Of a stretch of DNA of 64,000 nt, positions 11,047 through 24,224 are shown piece by piece. The DNA lies in assembly GCA_951406725.2 (NCBI GenBank), contig OX597821.1, forward strand, positions 7,998,001 through 8,062,000, in the 5' to 3' direction. Origin of the DNA: Octopus vulgaris. Its lineage: Eukaryota. Each line of letters opens with the position of its first letter. Within the stretch, counting starts at the first letter, position 1. A program made the translations under genes and the position numbers. The notes under the pieces were generated by a model. That model saw only the letters and a program-made list of their open reading frames with translations. It searched no databases and was not told where the DNA came from.

Positions 11047-12356
11047 TAAAAAGGATGAAGCCATGTTTCTATTTGCTCTCAATTTTTTTGTTTTTGAAAT
11101 ATTTAAGCTTATGTCATACAGTTACATTTGGAAGAGACAAACAAAGAAATTCTCTTTGACCTGTCAGATGTATACATACACATACATGTATGTATATTTG
11201 TGTGTGTGTATGTACATGTACGTGAGTGCTTGATTGGTTAATTGCAATTTTAAATTTCAGGAGAAAACTTGAAGGGAAAGATACATGAGAATACTCACTA
11301 ATAAGAATTGTGTAAAAACTATACAGTACTTTTGTTGTTGAATCAATTGATAGAGGTTGCTGCTGCTGCTTTAATTATGAAGTAATTACCATTTTCATCA
11401 CCGTCATAAACATCATCAGTGCCTCTACTACCATCGTCATCATTACCTGTCAATTGTAGGAAATTGATTGATTTTATAGACATAGGCATGGCTGTGTGGT
11501 AGAGAAGTTTGCACCTTGGGCAAGGATTTTTTTTACTGTAATCCCAGGTTGACCAATGCACTGTGAGTGAATTAGGTAGAGAGGAAACTGTACGAAACCC
11601 ATCATATATTCTTTTACTTGTTTCAGTCATTTGATTGCGGCCATGCTCGAGTACCACCTTAAAGGGATTTTAGTCAAAGAAATGCCCCCCTCCCCCCCGC
11701 CAGGACTTATTCTCTGTAAGCCCAGTACTCATTCTATCAGTCTCTTTGGCTGAACCACTAAGTTATGGAGACAGAAACACACCAACATCAGTTGTCAAGC
11801 AATGGTAGGAGGGAACAAATGCAGACATGCACATTAATACACACACACACATATATATATACACACACACATACAATAGGTTTCTTTCAGTTTCCATCTA
11901 CCAGATCCACCCACAATGCTTTGGTTGGCCTGAGGCTATAGTACAGTGGTTTGCAACCTTTTCACTACCACAGACCCCTTTTATATAAATAAGTTTTCCC
12001 ATGGCCCCCAGGATATTGAAAGGTCTTATTTCTTTATTACCCACACCTATACCCATACAAACTTGGGTTACTTACCCTTATCTGGTTATTGTGCCATTGT
12101 AAATGTGTTAAAAAAATTTGAGCCTACTGATAAAAAAAAAGGTAAGTCGACCCCAATGATGTAATTAGCATGATAATTAATGTCTTATCATTCCTATGTA
12201 ATTTTAATTATGTTAATCACTTTGTTTCTTTCTTTCTAGAAAGTAGTTTTTATGAATTTTTTGTTTTAACTTGTTGAGTGCCCTTAACCTTTGCAGGCCC
12301 TCCAAGACTAGTGAGCTTGATGTTGTTAATGTTTTGTTTGAACTGTTGCAGGTCAA

Positions 12357-12726
12357 CCCTTACAAGAAAGACAGGCAGGGAAGTGATTCCAGAGGCATAA
12401 TGTTGTAGGGTAGGAAGTTGATGGAAATAGTGTTTTTAATGCAGGGACACCTTACAAGAAAAACAGGCAGGGAGATGATTCCAGAGGCATAATGTTGTAG
12501 GGTAGGAAGTTGATGGAAATAGTGTTTTTAATGCAGGGACACCTTACAAGAAAAACAGGCAGGGAGATGATTCCAGAGGCATAATGTTGTAGGGTAGGAA
12601 GTTGATGGAAATAGTGTTTTTAATGCAGGGACACCTTACAAGAAAAACAGGCAGGGAGATGATTCCAGAGGCATAATGTTGTAGGGTAGGAAGTTGATGG
12701 AAATAGTGTTTTTAATGCAGGGACAC
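12357..12726. repeat. Four tandem copies of a 92-bp unit derived from a LINE 3' end
   Basis: CTTACAAG recurs at 12359, 12451, 12543 and 12635. Confidence 0.9.
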
Positions 12727-12975
12727 GGCAATGTTGATGCAATGTTGGAGAGTTGAATGGGTTAAAGGTGCTTGAATGGGGGAGATATGAGATGAGCCAG
12801 TGTAACAGCAATAGGAAAGACAAAGAGGGGAGACAGTGTAGTTGAGGGCCAGAGGCTGGACTGTGTCTATTAGTGATGAAGGCCAACCTGTTGAGTGACT
12901 TTGTTAGGAAGCAGTCCAAGATGTTAATGTGCATAATAGCAGAACCATCCCAAATATGGGAACACAATGACCAAT
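12620..12975 (-). mobile_element. Degenerate CR1/Jockey-group LINE ORF2 C-terminal fragment
   Basis: CSHIWDGS...PTTLCLWNHLP resembles the CSHIWGG...PRTIRLWNSLP tail of CR1-group RTs. Confidence 0.6.
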
Positions 12976-13519
12976 TTTTGTTTTGTTTTTGTTTTACGAC
13001 TGTCTTCCTTTAGTCTGCCTGTATTTCAGGCAGGGCTTCACTAATTGCCAACACGGACCATCATTAGTCTTTTTTTTACTCTCTAGACAGAGGAAGAAAG
13101 GCGGTACCATTGACCCTTTAAAGGCCTGTGAGACTAAACATATTCTTTTTATGTCATTCCTTTCCCTGTTTCCATTTCAGAAAACAAAAAAAATTCTAAC
13201 TTTTATTAAAAATAATTGTATCTAGTGATGTACGGGCATTTATAAAATTTTGGAAATAGAACTTCTAAAAAGAATCTTTTTTTTTATTGGCATAGCTGTG
13301 GGTTAAGAAATTTGTTTTGCAATCAAATGATTTTGGGTTCAGTCTCACTATATGCCACCTTGGGTAGTTGTGTCTTCTGCTCTAGTCCTGGGCAGGCCAG
13401 TGCCTTGAGAATGAATTTGGTAGTTGGAAACTGTCAGAAGCCCATATATATATATATAATGGGCTCAACCAAAGCCTTATGAGTGGATTTGGTAGATGAA
13501 AACGGAAAGAAGCCTGTTG

Positions 13520-13581
<62 letters not shown>

Positions 13582-13776
13582 TTTGTGTTTACGTCCCTGT
13601 AACTTAGTGGTTCGGCAAAAGAGAATGATAAAATAAGTTCTAGGCTTACAAAGAATAAGTCTTGGGGTCAGTTTGCATGAGTGCAATCAAATGACTGAAA
13701 CAAGTAAAAGAATAAAAGAATACATGCATATATACATAAATACATATATATTCATATATGTATGTATGTATAAAGC

Positions 13777-13817
<41 letters not shown>

Positions 13818-15641
13818 GGTGTAGATTTGTTTACATCCCTGTAACATAGCAGTTTGTCAAGAAAGATTGACAGAATAAGTGCCAAACTTAAAATTAGTAA
13901 GGGAGACAATTTGAGTAGCTTAAAGGTGGTGCCCCAACCTGGCTGTAGTCCAATGACTAAAACAAGCGTGATAAAAAAAAATAATGTTGTGGTTTGCTGA
14001 AAAGATGTTTTCAGTATAAATTTATATTTTTATATATTGTAAAGTCTCTGATAGTAATACGTACTTGTGGTGCCTAAGGAAGTTCCACATTTTATAAATG
14101 TTCTTATTTGGGTTTCAATGCATAAATTTGTAAATTGTCTTAACATTGTTTTATCATCATTATCCTCATTGTTTTAATGTCCACTTCTCCATGCAAAGTA
14201 ATATTTTCCCATGGCCAGACATGTTTTTGCTGAATATTGAAAATGAATAACACTGCCTGCGTAACAACTATCATGCAGTGTCACTTGTTAACCATACAGC
14301 CATGCTTGACATAGAGCATATAAAAGATAAGAAAAATCTGATTCGTTACTAGGAGACAACCTTCAAAGAAATCTGGAGTGGAGCCCCGTAGGCAGTTTAG
14401 TGTTCGACTCGACACTCTTCCAGCAGCTCCTGCAACCAAGCTGGTGCCAAACGTAATGCCCTACATTCCTTTGGACTACATCAGCAAGGTCGAGAGAGAG
14501 GAATCCTGACGATTGGGCTACCCAGGATTTTCTTACATCTAGCCCAGGCCTTGCGCAAAACCGGAGAGGAAACTGGAGAGGACATGAAATGTAAAAAACA
14601 GACTGGATTAGTTTATGCGCAACTCCATTGTCTCCCGAGACAAAAGGATGCCAACTACAACTAGTTCAGTGGTTTAATGGTTGGGGTATTTGGCTAACGA
14701 TTGTATGACCGTGAGTTTGATTCCCAGTAATGTGTTGTGTCCTTGAGCAAGACACTTTACTTTACATAGCTCTATTCCCCTCAGCCAGTAAAAATCAATT
14801 GTGCCTGTGATTGAAAGGGCCAACCTTGTCTCGTTCCTTGTCATGCTGAATCTTCATGAGAACTACATTAAGACTATACATGTCTGTGAAGTACTCAGCC
14901 ACTTGCGTGTTAATTTCATGAGCAGGCTGTTCTGTTGATTGGATCAACTGGAACACTCATTGTAATCGGAAGAGTACCCCAATTATAATGTTACCAATAG
15001 AATTTGTTTCCCTTCTTCCCCTCAGTATGGTACCAAAGGTATAAACCACTGATGGCTAATTGGATTGTTCTGTGACTCAAGGGTCATGAGTTCAGCCAAC
15101 TTTAACTGTCTGGGACATTGCATTCTTGTTCAATAATGCTTCAAACTTTTATTTAGTTGTGAGGGTATAAGTACCAGATCTTCCTGGGGGTGGGGTAGTT
15201 AGCTGTAACAGACCATTATCCTATCGAGGGAGCAATTCTTTTCCTTCTTATTTGCTCTCTCTCTCTCATCCACCTGATATATATCAAAAATCAGATTTAA
15301 GAAGCTAATATAGGAGCCATTATGTGGTCATACAGCCTGCTAGAAAAAACAGTACATTTGATCGTAGGTCCGCTTGATCAGGATTGACCTAGGGTTAAAC
15401 AACAACAGAAGGGGACTCTATATGGTCGCTTGATCTGCAAGAAATAACAACCAAATGTTCAAATAGTATACCACAGTGTTAAAACAACACAAAATATGAA
15501 ATGGACAAATTGGATAATGTCATTGTCATATCCTTGGTCCGGGGCTAAACAATATCAGCAGCAGCAACAGTAACAATTGGATTAGGGCATCAGCCCCTTG
15601 TGCCCTTGTGCTTTGCAGATGATTAACATTAATATGTATAT

Positions 15642-16052
15642 ACTCTTTTACTTGTTTCAGTCATTTGAATGCGGCCATGCTGGAGCACCGCCTTTAGTCG
15701 AGCAAGTCGACCCCAGGACTTATTCTTTGTAAGCCTAGTACTTATTCTATCGGTCTCTTTTGCCGAACCGCTAAGTTACGGAGACGTAAACACACCAGCA
15801 TCGGTTGTCAAGTGATGCTGGGGAGACAAACAGACACACAAACACACACACATACATATATATATATATACATACATATACATATATACAACGGGCTTCT
15901 TTCAGTTTCCGTCTACCAAATCCACTCACAAGGCTTTGGTTGGCTCGAGGCTATAGTAGAAGACACTTGCCCAAGGTGCCACACAGTGGGACTGAACTCA
16001 GAACCATGTGGTCGGTAAGCAAGCTACTTACCACACAGCCACTCCTGCGCCT
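15642..16052 (-). mobile_element. tRNA-derived SINE (dominant family)
   Basis: Full-length reverse copy. Confidence 0.88.
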
Positions 16053-16587
16053 GTATGTTTATTTTATTAAAGAAGCCAAAATAACATCAGTGTTGGTTTT
16101 ACAGCTGAGCACATCTCTGTCCCCACTTTTGACAGGTTTATGTTTTCTTTATTGATCACTTCTGAAGTGAAACTTGTTTTGTAGTTCATTCACACCCTTA
16201 ACTTATTCAGTCTCTTTCTAATCCATCAACATTGCTCGTAGGCACGGCTCGTTTGTTAAGAAGTTCATTTTGCAATTATATGGTTTCTGATTTTCACCGT
16301 GCAGCGTCTTGGGGCAAGTGTCTTCATGCATAGTTCAGTTCTAGACTGACCAAGGCCTTGTGAATGAATTTGGTAGGTGGATACTGAAAAGAAGCTCTTG
16401 TCTCCCACATGACAGGTGGGAATACTTATAATTTCCTGTTCCTTTGTCAGTTATTGAATTCCATATTGCACTCTGTACTACACTAATGCTTTATTCCAAA
16501 GCATATGTACATTGAATTTTAATACCAGGTTATTTGTAGGTGGAATAATTATATATATTTATATACATATGAGAGGGAATTGTATAC

Positions 16588-16990
16588 TCTCTTTTACTCT
16601 TTTACTTGTTTCAGTCATTTGACTGTGGCCATGCTGGAGCACCGCCTTTAATTGAGCAACTCGACCCCGGGACTTATTCTTTTGTAAGCCCAGTACTTAT
16701 TCTATCGGTCTCTTTTGCCAAACTGCTAAGTAACGGGGACATAAACACACCGGCATCGGTTGTCAAGCAATGCTAGGGGGACAAACACAGACACACAAAC
16801 ACATATATATATATATACACATATATACAACGGGCTTCTTTCAGTTTCCGTCTACCAAATCCACTCATAAGGCTTTGGTCGGCCTGAAGCTATAGTAGAA
16901 GACACTTGCCTAAGGTGCCACACAGTGGGACTGAACCCGGAATCATGTGGTTGGTAAACAAGCTACTTACCACACAGCCACTCCTGTGCC
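16588..16990 (-). mobile_element. tRNA-derived SINE (dominant family)
   Basis: Full-length reverse copy. Confidence 0.88.
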
Positions 16991-17577
16991 TCATTTTAAA
17001 TTTATATATATATATATATCATCATCATCATCATTTAATGTCTGTTGTCCATGCTGGTGTGGGTTGGACAGTTTGACTGGGCTGGAAGGCTGTGCCAAGG
17101 TCCAGTCTGATTTGGTATGGTTTTCTATGGCTGGATGACCTTCCTAATGCCAACCACCCTGAGAGTGTAATGGGTGCTTTTATGTGCCACCAGCACGGGT
17201 GCCATTTGTGTGACACTGGTATCTGCCACGACTGCGGTTTTGCTCAGCTTGATGTGTCTTCTTCTCATGCACAACATAATGCCAAAGGTCTTGTTCATTG
17301 CCTCTGTGAGGCCCAACGCTTGAAAGAAACTCAGCCACCTTGTCTCGTGAGGCCCAACTCTCAAATGGAACTCAGCCACTTTGCTTCCATGAGGCCACAC
17401 ACACACACACACAATGTTTTACAGATGCAGTATTAGATTAAGTTTGTGATCTCCCTATCATGCTTCAAGCAAATACATCACAGTATTGAGCCAGAGATAT
17501 TGTTTATGGAAGCACTGTGTTAAATAATGCAAAAATATATCAGTAGTTGTTGGAAATCATCCAGCTGCGATATATAT

Positions 17578-17970
17578 CTCTCTTTACTCTTTTACTTGTT
17601 TCAGTCATTTGACTGCAGCCATGCTGGAGCACCGCCTTTAGTCGAGCAACTCGACCCCGGGACTTATTCTATTGGGCTCTTTTTGCCGAACCGCTAAGTA
17701 ACGGGGACATAAACACACCAGCATCGGTTGTCAAGCAATGCTAGGGGGACAAACACAGACACACAAACACACACACACACACACATATATATATACATAT
17801 ATATACGACGGGCTTCTTTCAGTTTCCGTCTACCAAATCCACTCACAATGCTTTGGTCGGCCCGAGGCTATAGTAGAAGACACCTGCCCAAGGTGCCACG
17901 CAGTGGGACTGAACCCGGAACCATGTGGTTGGTAAACAAGCTACTTACCACACAGCCACTCCTGTGCCTA
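17578..17970 (-). mobile_element. tRNA-derived SINE (dominant family)
   Basis: Near full-length reverse copy with a small internal deletion. Confidence 0.85.
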
Positions 17971-18280
17971 TCTGTGTGTGTCTATGTTTCCTTGTCTTTA
18001 TATCTCATGCTGATTGTAAACAAACAGCACTGGAATTCAAGTGGTGCTGTTTGGTTGCAATCCCCTAGAAGAACATGTCTGCACTAGGGAAAAAATATTG
18101 CCTTGCTTGAATGTAGGGAACAGGAAGAGCATCTTACTTTAGAAAATCTTGCCCAATGCATCCTGTCTGACCCATGCAAGCATTGAAAAATAGATGTTAA
18201 AATGATGATAATGGTAATTGTCCAGTCTTCATAATGCTTTCTTTTACATGTCCATTCCACCAAAGTTTCTTCTCTTGCAG

Positions 18281-18393
18281 AAAGCCTGTCCGGATTAACA
18301 AGAGGCCATTGAATGACTCAGAGAGGTTATCTTTGATTTAAGAAGTTCAACGTTTTGCAGGATTAACAAATCAGTTGACATAGAATATTTCAG
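18281..18393 (+). other. CWC25: Putative 5' UTR exon of the CWC25-like gene
   Basis: Polypyrimidine tract plus TTGCAG| acceptor and CAG|GTAAGT donor, in unique sequence. It places an in-frame TAG upstream of the ATG at 20912. Confidence 0.55.
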
Positions 18394-18706
18394 GTAAGTT
18401 CTAATTTTAATAGTTTATTCAAAAAAATTTTTTTTTTCATCTGTTTGTCTAGGCTTTTCTTTCACTTCAATGTAAGTTCTGTCCTCAAATTTTTGTAGTG
18501 ATGCATTACTTCATCTGATTATAGAGACCTGTAACCATTAGCCAGGTTCTGAAGATCTCTGTCTTCTGCTATGAGAAGGCTGGTGGTAGGTGGTGAAATT
18601 TGAACCTAGATCCCAAAGAAATGGAACAGACATGACAAGGCATCTCGCTGGATGCTCTAAGAATTTCACTGGTCTATTTGTAATGAGGCAAAGAGCCACA
18701 TAGAGA

Positions 18707-18770
18707 CTGGCATAGTGGTTAAGAGTGCGGGCCACCAACCCCAAGATTCCGAGTTCATTCCAGACAGTGA

Positions 18771-18812
<42 letters not shown>

Positions 18813-18956
18813 TAATAACAACAAACAAACAAACAAAAAAAACCCTTAGGAATGAGAACCCAGGTTCAAAATTTCCCCAAGACACCTGATGAAGGCTGAA
18901 ACGTTGTGTTAACAACAAACAAGATGAGGACAAATATCTGTCAAATGTAAATAATG
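18707..18956 (+). mobile_element. tRNA-headed SINE carrying a minimal hammerhead-like motif
   Basis: Head TGGCATAGTGGTTAAGAG...CCGAGTTCATTCC, then (AAT)n, then GACAC-CTGATGA-aggct-GAAA-CGTT-GTGTT. Confidence 0.6.
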
Positions 18957-19463
18957 CCTCTATTATTGTTGTAAATTCTAGGTCATCTCTGATCAAACAA
19001 ACCTATAACTACAGATATTCCATTCCATTGTAGCCATTCTGTCTTTTCCTGCACATGTAACTCAGAACCACAAATAAGTGTTTTCTCAGATGGTAGGGTG
19101 TAATTTAAGTTAGATTTATCTATTTCTAGCAATTTGAAAGACCATGTAAGGGCTCCCACATTTCCTTGTTAAATCTGATTGTTGATATATTAAGTACAAG
19201 AAAGAAAAATAAACAGTCCTTGGAGAGAATACTGGTCTGTTACAGCTAAGCACAACTTCAGAAATGTCTGGTACCTTTTCCTCATAGTTTGCTACTTGGT
19301 TGTACCCATCACTAAGCTGTTGGTAAAAATATTTGTTAATCATGTATGTACCTTTATAAATTATTCAAAGTTGAAAGTCATTTTTTAATGTCTATGTTAT
19401 ATCTATATGCTGAAAGACATACAGAAACGCACACATACACAACCCTCAAAAATAGCTATGTAT

Positions 19464-19494
<31 letters not shown>

Positions 19495-19524
19495 GTATAT
19501 ATATACACATGTATATATATTTTA

Positions 19525-19806
19525 CTCATAAGGTATTGGAATATTATTTGCATACTATTCTGCCTAAAATAAAAAGGGATCTACAAATGCAATATCCCTA
19601 CATATCTCACATCTATTTTCTTTTATTTCCTCCACCTCACTCTCTATTTTATATCTTATCTAAATTAACTATTACTTAATCATCCTCTCACACCGTCTCC
19701 GATAAAGGGATATAATTAATAAATATCCTGGAAACAGCTGTAAGACCTATCTATAAATGTTCTAAAATCTACACAGCCTTGGTTTTTTATCTCATTATGA
19801 AATAAA

Positions 19807-19810
<4 letters not shown>
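19525..19810 (+). mobile_element. Penelope-like element 3' remnant with hammerhead-like motif
   Basis: The peptide HKVLEYYLHTILPKIKR resembles a GIY-YIG C-terminus. A type I hammerhead fold follows at 19695-19746. Flanked by (TA)n. Confidence 0.55.
19695..19746 (+). ncRNA. Degenerate type I minimal hammerhead ribozyme
   Basis: Stem I GTCT/AGAC, core CCGATAA (consensus CUGANGA), stem II GGGATA/TATCCT, GAAA, palindromic CAGCTG, cleavage-site UA. Confidence 0.55.
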
Positions 19811-19851
<41 letters not shown>

Positions 19852-20057
19852 TATACACACATATATATATGCATACATATTATATATACATACATATGTC
19901 AATTTAAATACACAATTGAAAGAGCTACTAATACTTTCATGCTATTATGATACTTGAACAGGAATATTTATAAAATATTCCATGTATCTTAAAGCAACAC
20001 AGACTTAAAAAAAAACGACTATATATATGTATACATATAGTCTATTTATCTATCTTT

Positions 20058-20095
<38 letters not shown>

Positions 20096-20911
20096 TTCTC
20101 TATTTCTCTCTTCCCTATTTTCCCTCTCTTTACACAGATGTTATGGACAGACAGATGAAGATCAACTTCTCTTTTTTAATATATGATTGGACTGATATAC
20201 TGAAGAAAAAGAAAATTAAAATTCTGTGTCCTACTTAGAAACACTAATAGTCCAATTTAAACTCATCATCCATAAGTCACTGAACATTGCAATTTGTTAA
20301 TTGCCTAGTCATGTTGTCAATCATCAGTCATTTATCTCTGGTACTCCTATGTTGAGATTGTGGAGCGCATAGCCTAGTGGTTAGGGTATCAGCGCCATGA
20401 TTGTAAGATTGTGGTTTTGATTCCTGGACTGGGCGACACGTGTTCTTGAGCAAAACACTTCATTTCACATTGCTTCAGTTCACTCAGCTGGCAAAAATGA
20501 GTAACGCTGCGATGGACTGGTGTCCCGTCCAGCTGGGGAACACATATGCCATAGAAACCGGGCCCATGAGCCTGGCTAGGCTTTAAAAGGGCACGCACTC
20601 CTATGTTGAGGAAGCAAGTTTGGAAGGAGAGCATGAGAAAAATTGCTTTGCAGCAATTCTTTACATTTCAGATCCAAAATGCCTAAAGTTGGTGGTGAGG
20701 AAACCAGACATGTTTGCTGTTTGGAAACTTTGCAGTTGAAATAGTCACTTTATAGATTCCTCTTCTTTGTATGCTTCCATTTGTGGAGAATAATTGCTTT
20801 TGGCACTTTATATTCTTTAGGTTTGTATTGTTATTTCATTGGTTCCATATCTTGAAGAATAATTCTTTGATAAAATTTTGTCTTTTAATTTCAGCAAACA
20901 AAAACAACAGC

Positions 20912-20958
20912 ATGGATAGCGATGAAAAGAAAAAGATTGTTGAAGTTATGAAAGCCAA
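20912..20958 (+). CDS. CWC25: CWC25-like coding exon 1 (MDSDEKKKIVEVMKA-K); the exon begins at 20895
   Basis: TTTCAG| acceptor, ATG in the context ACAGCATGG, phase-2 donor AA|GTAAGG compatible with the next exon. Confidence 0.7.
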
Positions 20959-21294
20959 GTAAGGATTTTATTCTTGTCTTATCTTTTATCTTCTACTTGT
21001 TTTGTTCGTTAGACTGTGGCCATGCTGGGGTGCCATATTGAGGAATTCTTTAGTCAAATGAATCAGCCCCTGTATTTCTCTTTTTTAAGTCTGGTATTTA
21101 CTGTATTGGTTTCTTTTGAAGAATTGGTAAATTATGTGGATGTAAAAACACACCGACACTGGTTGTCAAGTGGTGGTGGTGGGGAGGGACAAACACACAC
21201 ACATACACACACGCACACATACACACATGCACACACGTGGTGGTGGGGAGGGACAAACACGCACACATACACACACGCACACATACACACATGC

Positions 21295-21326
<32 letters not shown>

Positions 21327-22283
21327 ATACACACATGCACACACACACACACACACACACATAAGTTTCTGTCTACCAAATCCAAACACAAGGCTTTGGT
21401 TGGCCCAAAGCTATAGTAGAAGACACTTGCTCAAGGTGCCACACAGTGGGACTGAACCTGGAACCATGTGGTTGGGAAGCAAACTTCCTACCACACAGTT
21501 ACACCTGTGCCTCTCTCTGGTGTTTCCGCTGTGTTTATTTTTGTTGCTGATTGGAAATATGGTTTTGGGTTCAGTACCACTGTGTAACACCTTTGGCAAG
21601 TGTCTTCTACTATAACTAACCAATACCTTGTGAGTGAATTTGGTAGACGGAAACTGAAAGAAGCCCATCATATGTATGCATGTATGCATGTATGTATGGA
21701 TGGATGGATGCATGCATGTATGTTTCTTTGTGTCTGTGTTTATCCCCCCACCATCTCTTGACAACTGATGTTAGTGTGTTTACGTCCCCTGTAACTTAGC
21801 AGTTCGGCAAAAGACCGATAGAATAAAGAATAACTCCTGGGGTCAATTTCTTTGACTAAAACCCTTTAAGCCAGTGCTCCAGCATGACTGAAACAGGTAA
21901 AAGAATAAAAGAATGTATATGTGTGTGTGTTTGCATCTTTGTGTTTGTTCCCTACCATCACTTGAAACCAGTGTTGGTTTGTTTACATCTCTGTAGTTTG
22001 GTGGTTCAGCGAAAAGGAACCTACAGAATAAGTACCTGGTTTAAAACAGGACAGTAATTACTGGGGTCAATTTGTTTGACTAAACCCTTCAAGGTGATGC
22101 CCCAGCATGGGCACAATCAAATCTCTGAAACAAGTCAACAATAAAAGATAGGTACAAAGCCAAAATTAAGTGGAAGGGATCAGTTAAGGGGTATTAAATC
22201 AATCACAGTACTTGACCAGTACTTTATTTTATCAACTCTGAAAGGGTGCAAAAGAAATCTGATCTCAAGTCATCCAGTCATCA

Positions 22284-22363
<80 letters not shown>

Positions 22364-22799
22364 ATTTATTTATTTTTCCATTAAGGCAGCGAGTTGGCAG
22401 AAACGTTAGCACACCGGGTGAAATGCTTGGCGGTATTTTGTTTGCCGTTACATTCTGAGTTCAAATTCCGCTGAGGCCGACTTTGCCTTTCATCCTTTCG
22501 GGGCCGATTAAAAAAGTACCAGTTGTGCACTGGAGTCGATGTAATCGACTTAATCCCTTTGTTTGTCCTCTCTATGTTTAGCCCCCTGTGGGCAATAAAG
22601 AAATATATATTTTTTTTCATTGACCCCTTCAAAGGTATGAATGTCAGTTGACTTCAGCTAGATTTGAGACGAAAACACAAAGGGTTGTAACTAAATACCA
22701 CAAAATATTTTTGTTTGACACTCTACTAATTCTACCTATCCATCCCTGCTCACCTCATATAATTTTCATTGTGAAAGAATTCTATTTTTACCAATTACA

Positions 22800-23050
22800 A
22801 TCAGTCATGCTGAGTAGGGGTTCTTAAGCAAATACTGGAGCCTGACTGGCTACGATGTGCTTCTACTGGTCAGCATCAAGCTCTCAGGTATTCTTGGACC
22901 TCGCATTGCTGACTTCTTCCACAAAATCATAATCACAGCAGCCTACCTGAGAAATGATCCCTGCAAGGTTGGGAGACTGTTGCCACGTGTGTTACTAGCC
23001 ATTCTCTGGGGCAATGCCTTTGCAATTATGCCCATGAGGTGCGGCTGAAC
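22800..23050 (+). mobile_element. Degenerate CRE-like RLE retrotransposon C-terminal fragment
   Basis: KYWSLTGYDV..VSIKLSGILGP...NDP...RVLLAILWGNAFAIM resembles the ETLG.WGP...DP....QR.S.AIQRGNA end of CRE elements. Confidence 0.5.
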
Positions 23051-23310
23051 ACATTGTTTGGACTGGGGTGTACAACCTGTGACTCCCTTCTCCTCATCTT
23101 TTGTTACTTAATCCCCATCTCTTTTTCTTTGTTTCTCTGTTGAAGGAATTCTGGGTTTTTTCTCGATAATTTGATCTTTTATTCTTTTAAGTTTTTCTTT
23201 CTTTTCTTCCTATAAAAATATGTTGCTCAATAAAAATTCATTTTATTATTTAAAAAATCCCCCAAAATTAGTAAAATGATTGTTTTTTCTTAATTGCATT
23301 CCATCTGCAG

Positions 23311-23429
23311 AAAAGGGGAGAGCAATCTTGATTGGATGTATAAAGGCATGGCACCGGACACCGATGATTATCTTATGGGAAGAAAAGTCGATAATTACAT
23401 TGAGAAGAAATCAGAAACTACTAAAGATG
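23311..23429 (+). CDS. CWC25: CWC25-like coding exon 2 (KGESNLDWMYKGMAPDTDDYLMGRKVDNYIEKKSETTKD)
   Basis: Hallmark LDWMY...YL(L/M)GR motif of Cwc25; canonical AG/GT boundaries. Confidence 0.92.
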
Positions 23430-23583
23430 GTAATGTAATCACTTTATTGTCTTGGAGACAAGTACTAATTATCTAATTAATTAATCTATTTATTGTCTTG
23501 TGTAGCTGTGTGGTTAAGAAGTTTGTTCCCAATCTCATGGTTTTGGTTTCAGTCCAGCTGCATGGTAAGTGTGTGTGTTATAT

Positions 23584-23868
23584 GCAGATATATGGGAAAC
23601 TACCACCTGTGTCATCTCTTGTGAAAGGTAGGAGAGTCCAGTTTGCTGGACGTTGTTGTAGAGCTGAAAAAGAGGTAATTTCTACTCTTCTCCTCTGGAA
23701 GCCATCTTCTCGCAATACCAGAGGGCGCACACTCTCCTACCCTGATGTAATCTCCAGGGATACAGGCATCCAGCAACAGGACCTCCGTAATGCCATGATG
23801 GACCGTGAAGTCTGGCGTAGCATGGTAAATTCCATTGTCTCGACCACGGTCGAACAATGATGATGATG
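23584..23868 (+). mobile_element. 5'-truncated RTE-type LINE with (TGA)n tail, inserted into a SINE
   Basis: RRVQFAGRCCR...LLLWKP...RGR..SYPDVI...MMDREVWR; TSD-like GTGTGTGTGTTATA / GTGTATGTGTTATA. Confidence 0.8.
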
Positions 23869-23947
23869 GTGTATGTGTTATACTATAACCTCAGTCTAGC
23901 CAAAGCCTTATGAGTGAATTTTTTAGATGGACACTAAATATAGCCCT

Positions 23948-23988
<41 letters not shown>

Positions 23989-23991
<3 letters not shown>

Positions 23992-24200
23992 GGTAGCCCA
24001 AAAGTATGTTTACAGTTATTCAACTATCTTTTTCGCATTCATATATATAACAGTTTAGATCTTAATTATAAAAAAGAATGAAACCATTATTCTATGCTAA
24101 TTTAGTTAATTATAAGATAAAAATTTAAATGTAATAAAATGTTTCAAACGAAATTTAAAGTGCCTATGTGATAAGTGTAAACCTACTTTTGGGCCACCTG
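23989..24200. mobile_element. Tc1/mariner MITE
   Basis: TIRs CAGGGTAGCCCAAAAGTATGTTTACA / TGTAAACCTACTTTTGGGCCACCTG, flanked by TA. Confidence 0.8.
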
Positions 24201-24224
24201 TATATAATTGTATGTATGTGTATG

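Noticed and set aside
10567-20958. In-frame DUF4817-CWC25 fusion protein
   Set aside because: The one plausible internal donor I tested (AAA|GTAATG near 10896) is out of frame with the CWC25-like exon at 20895.
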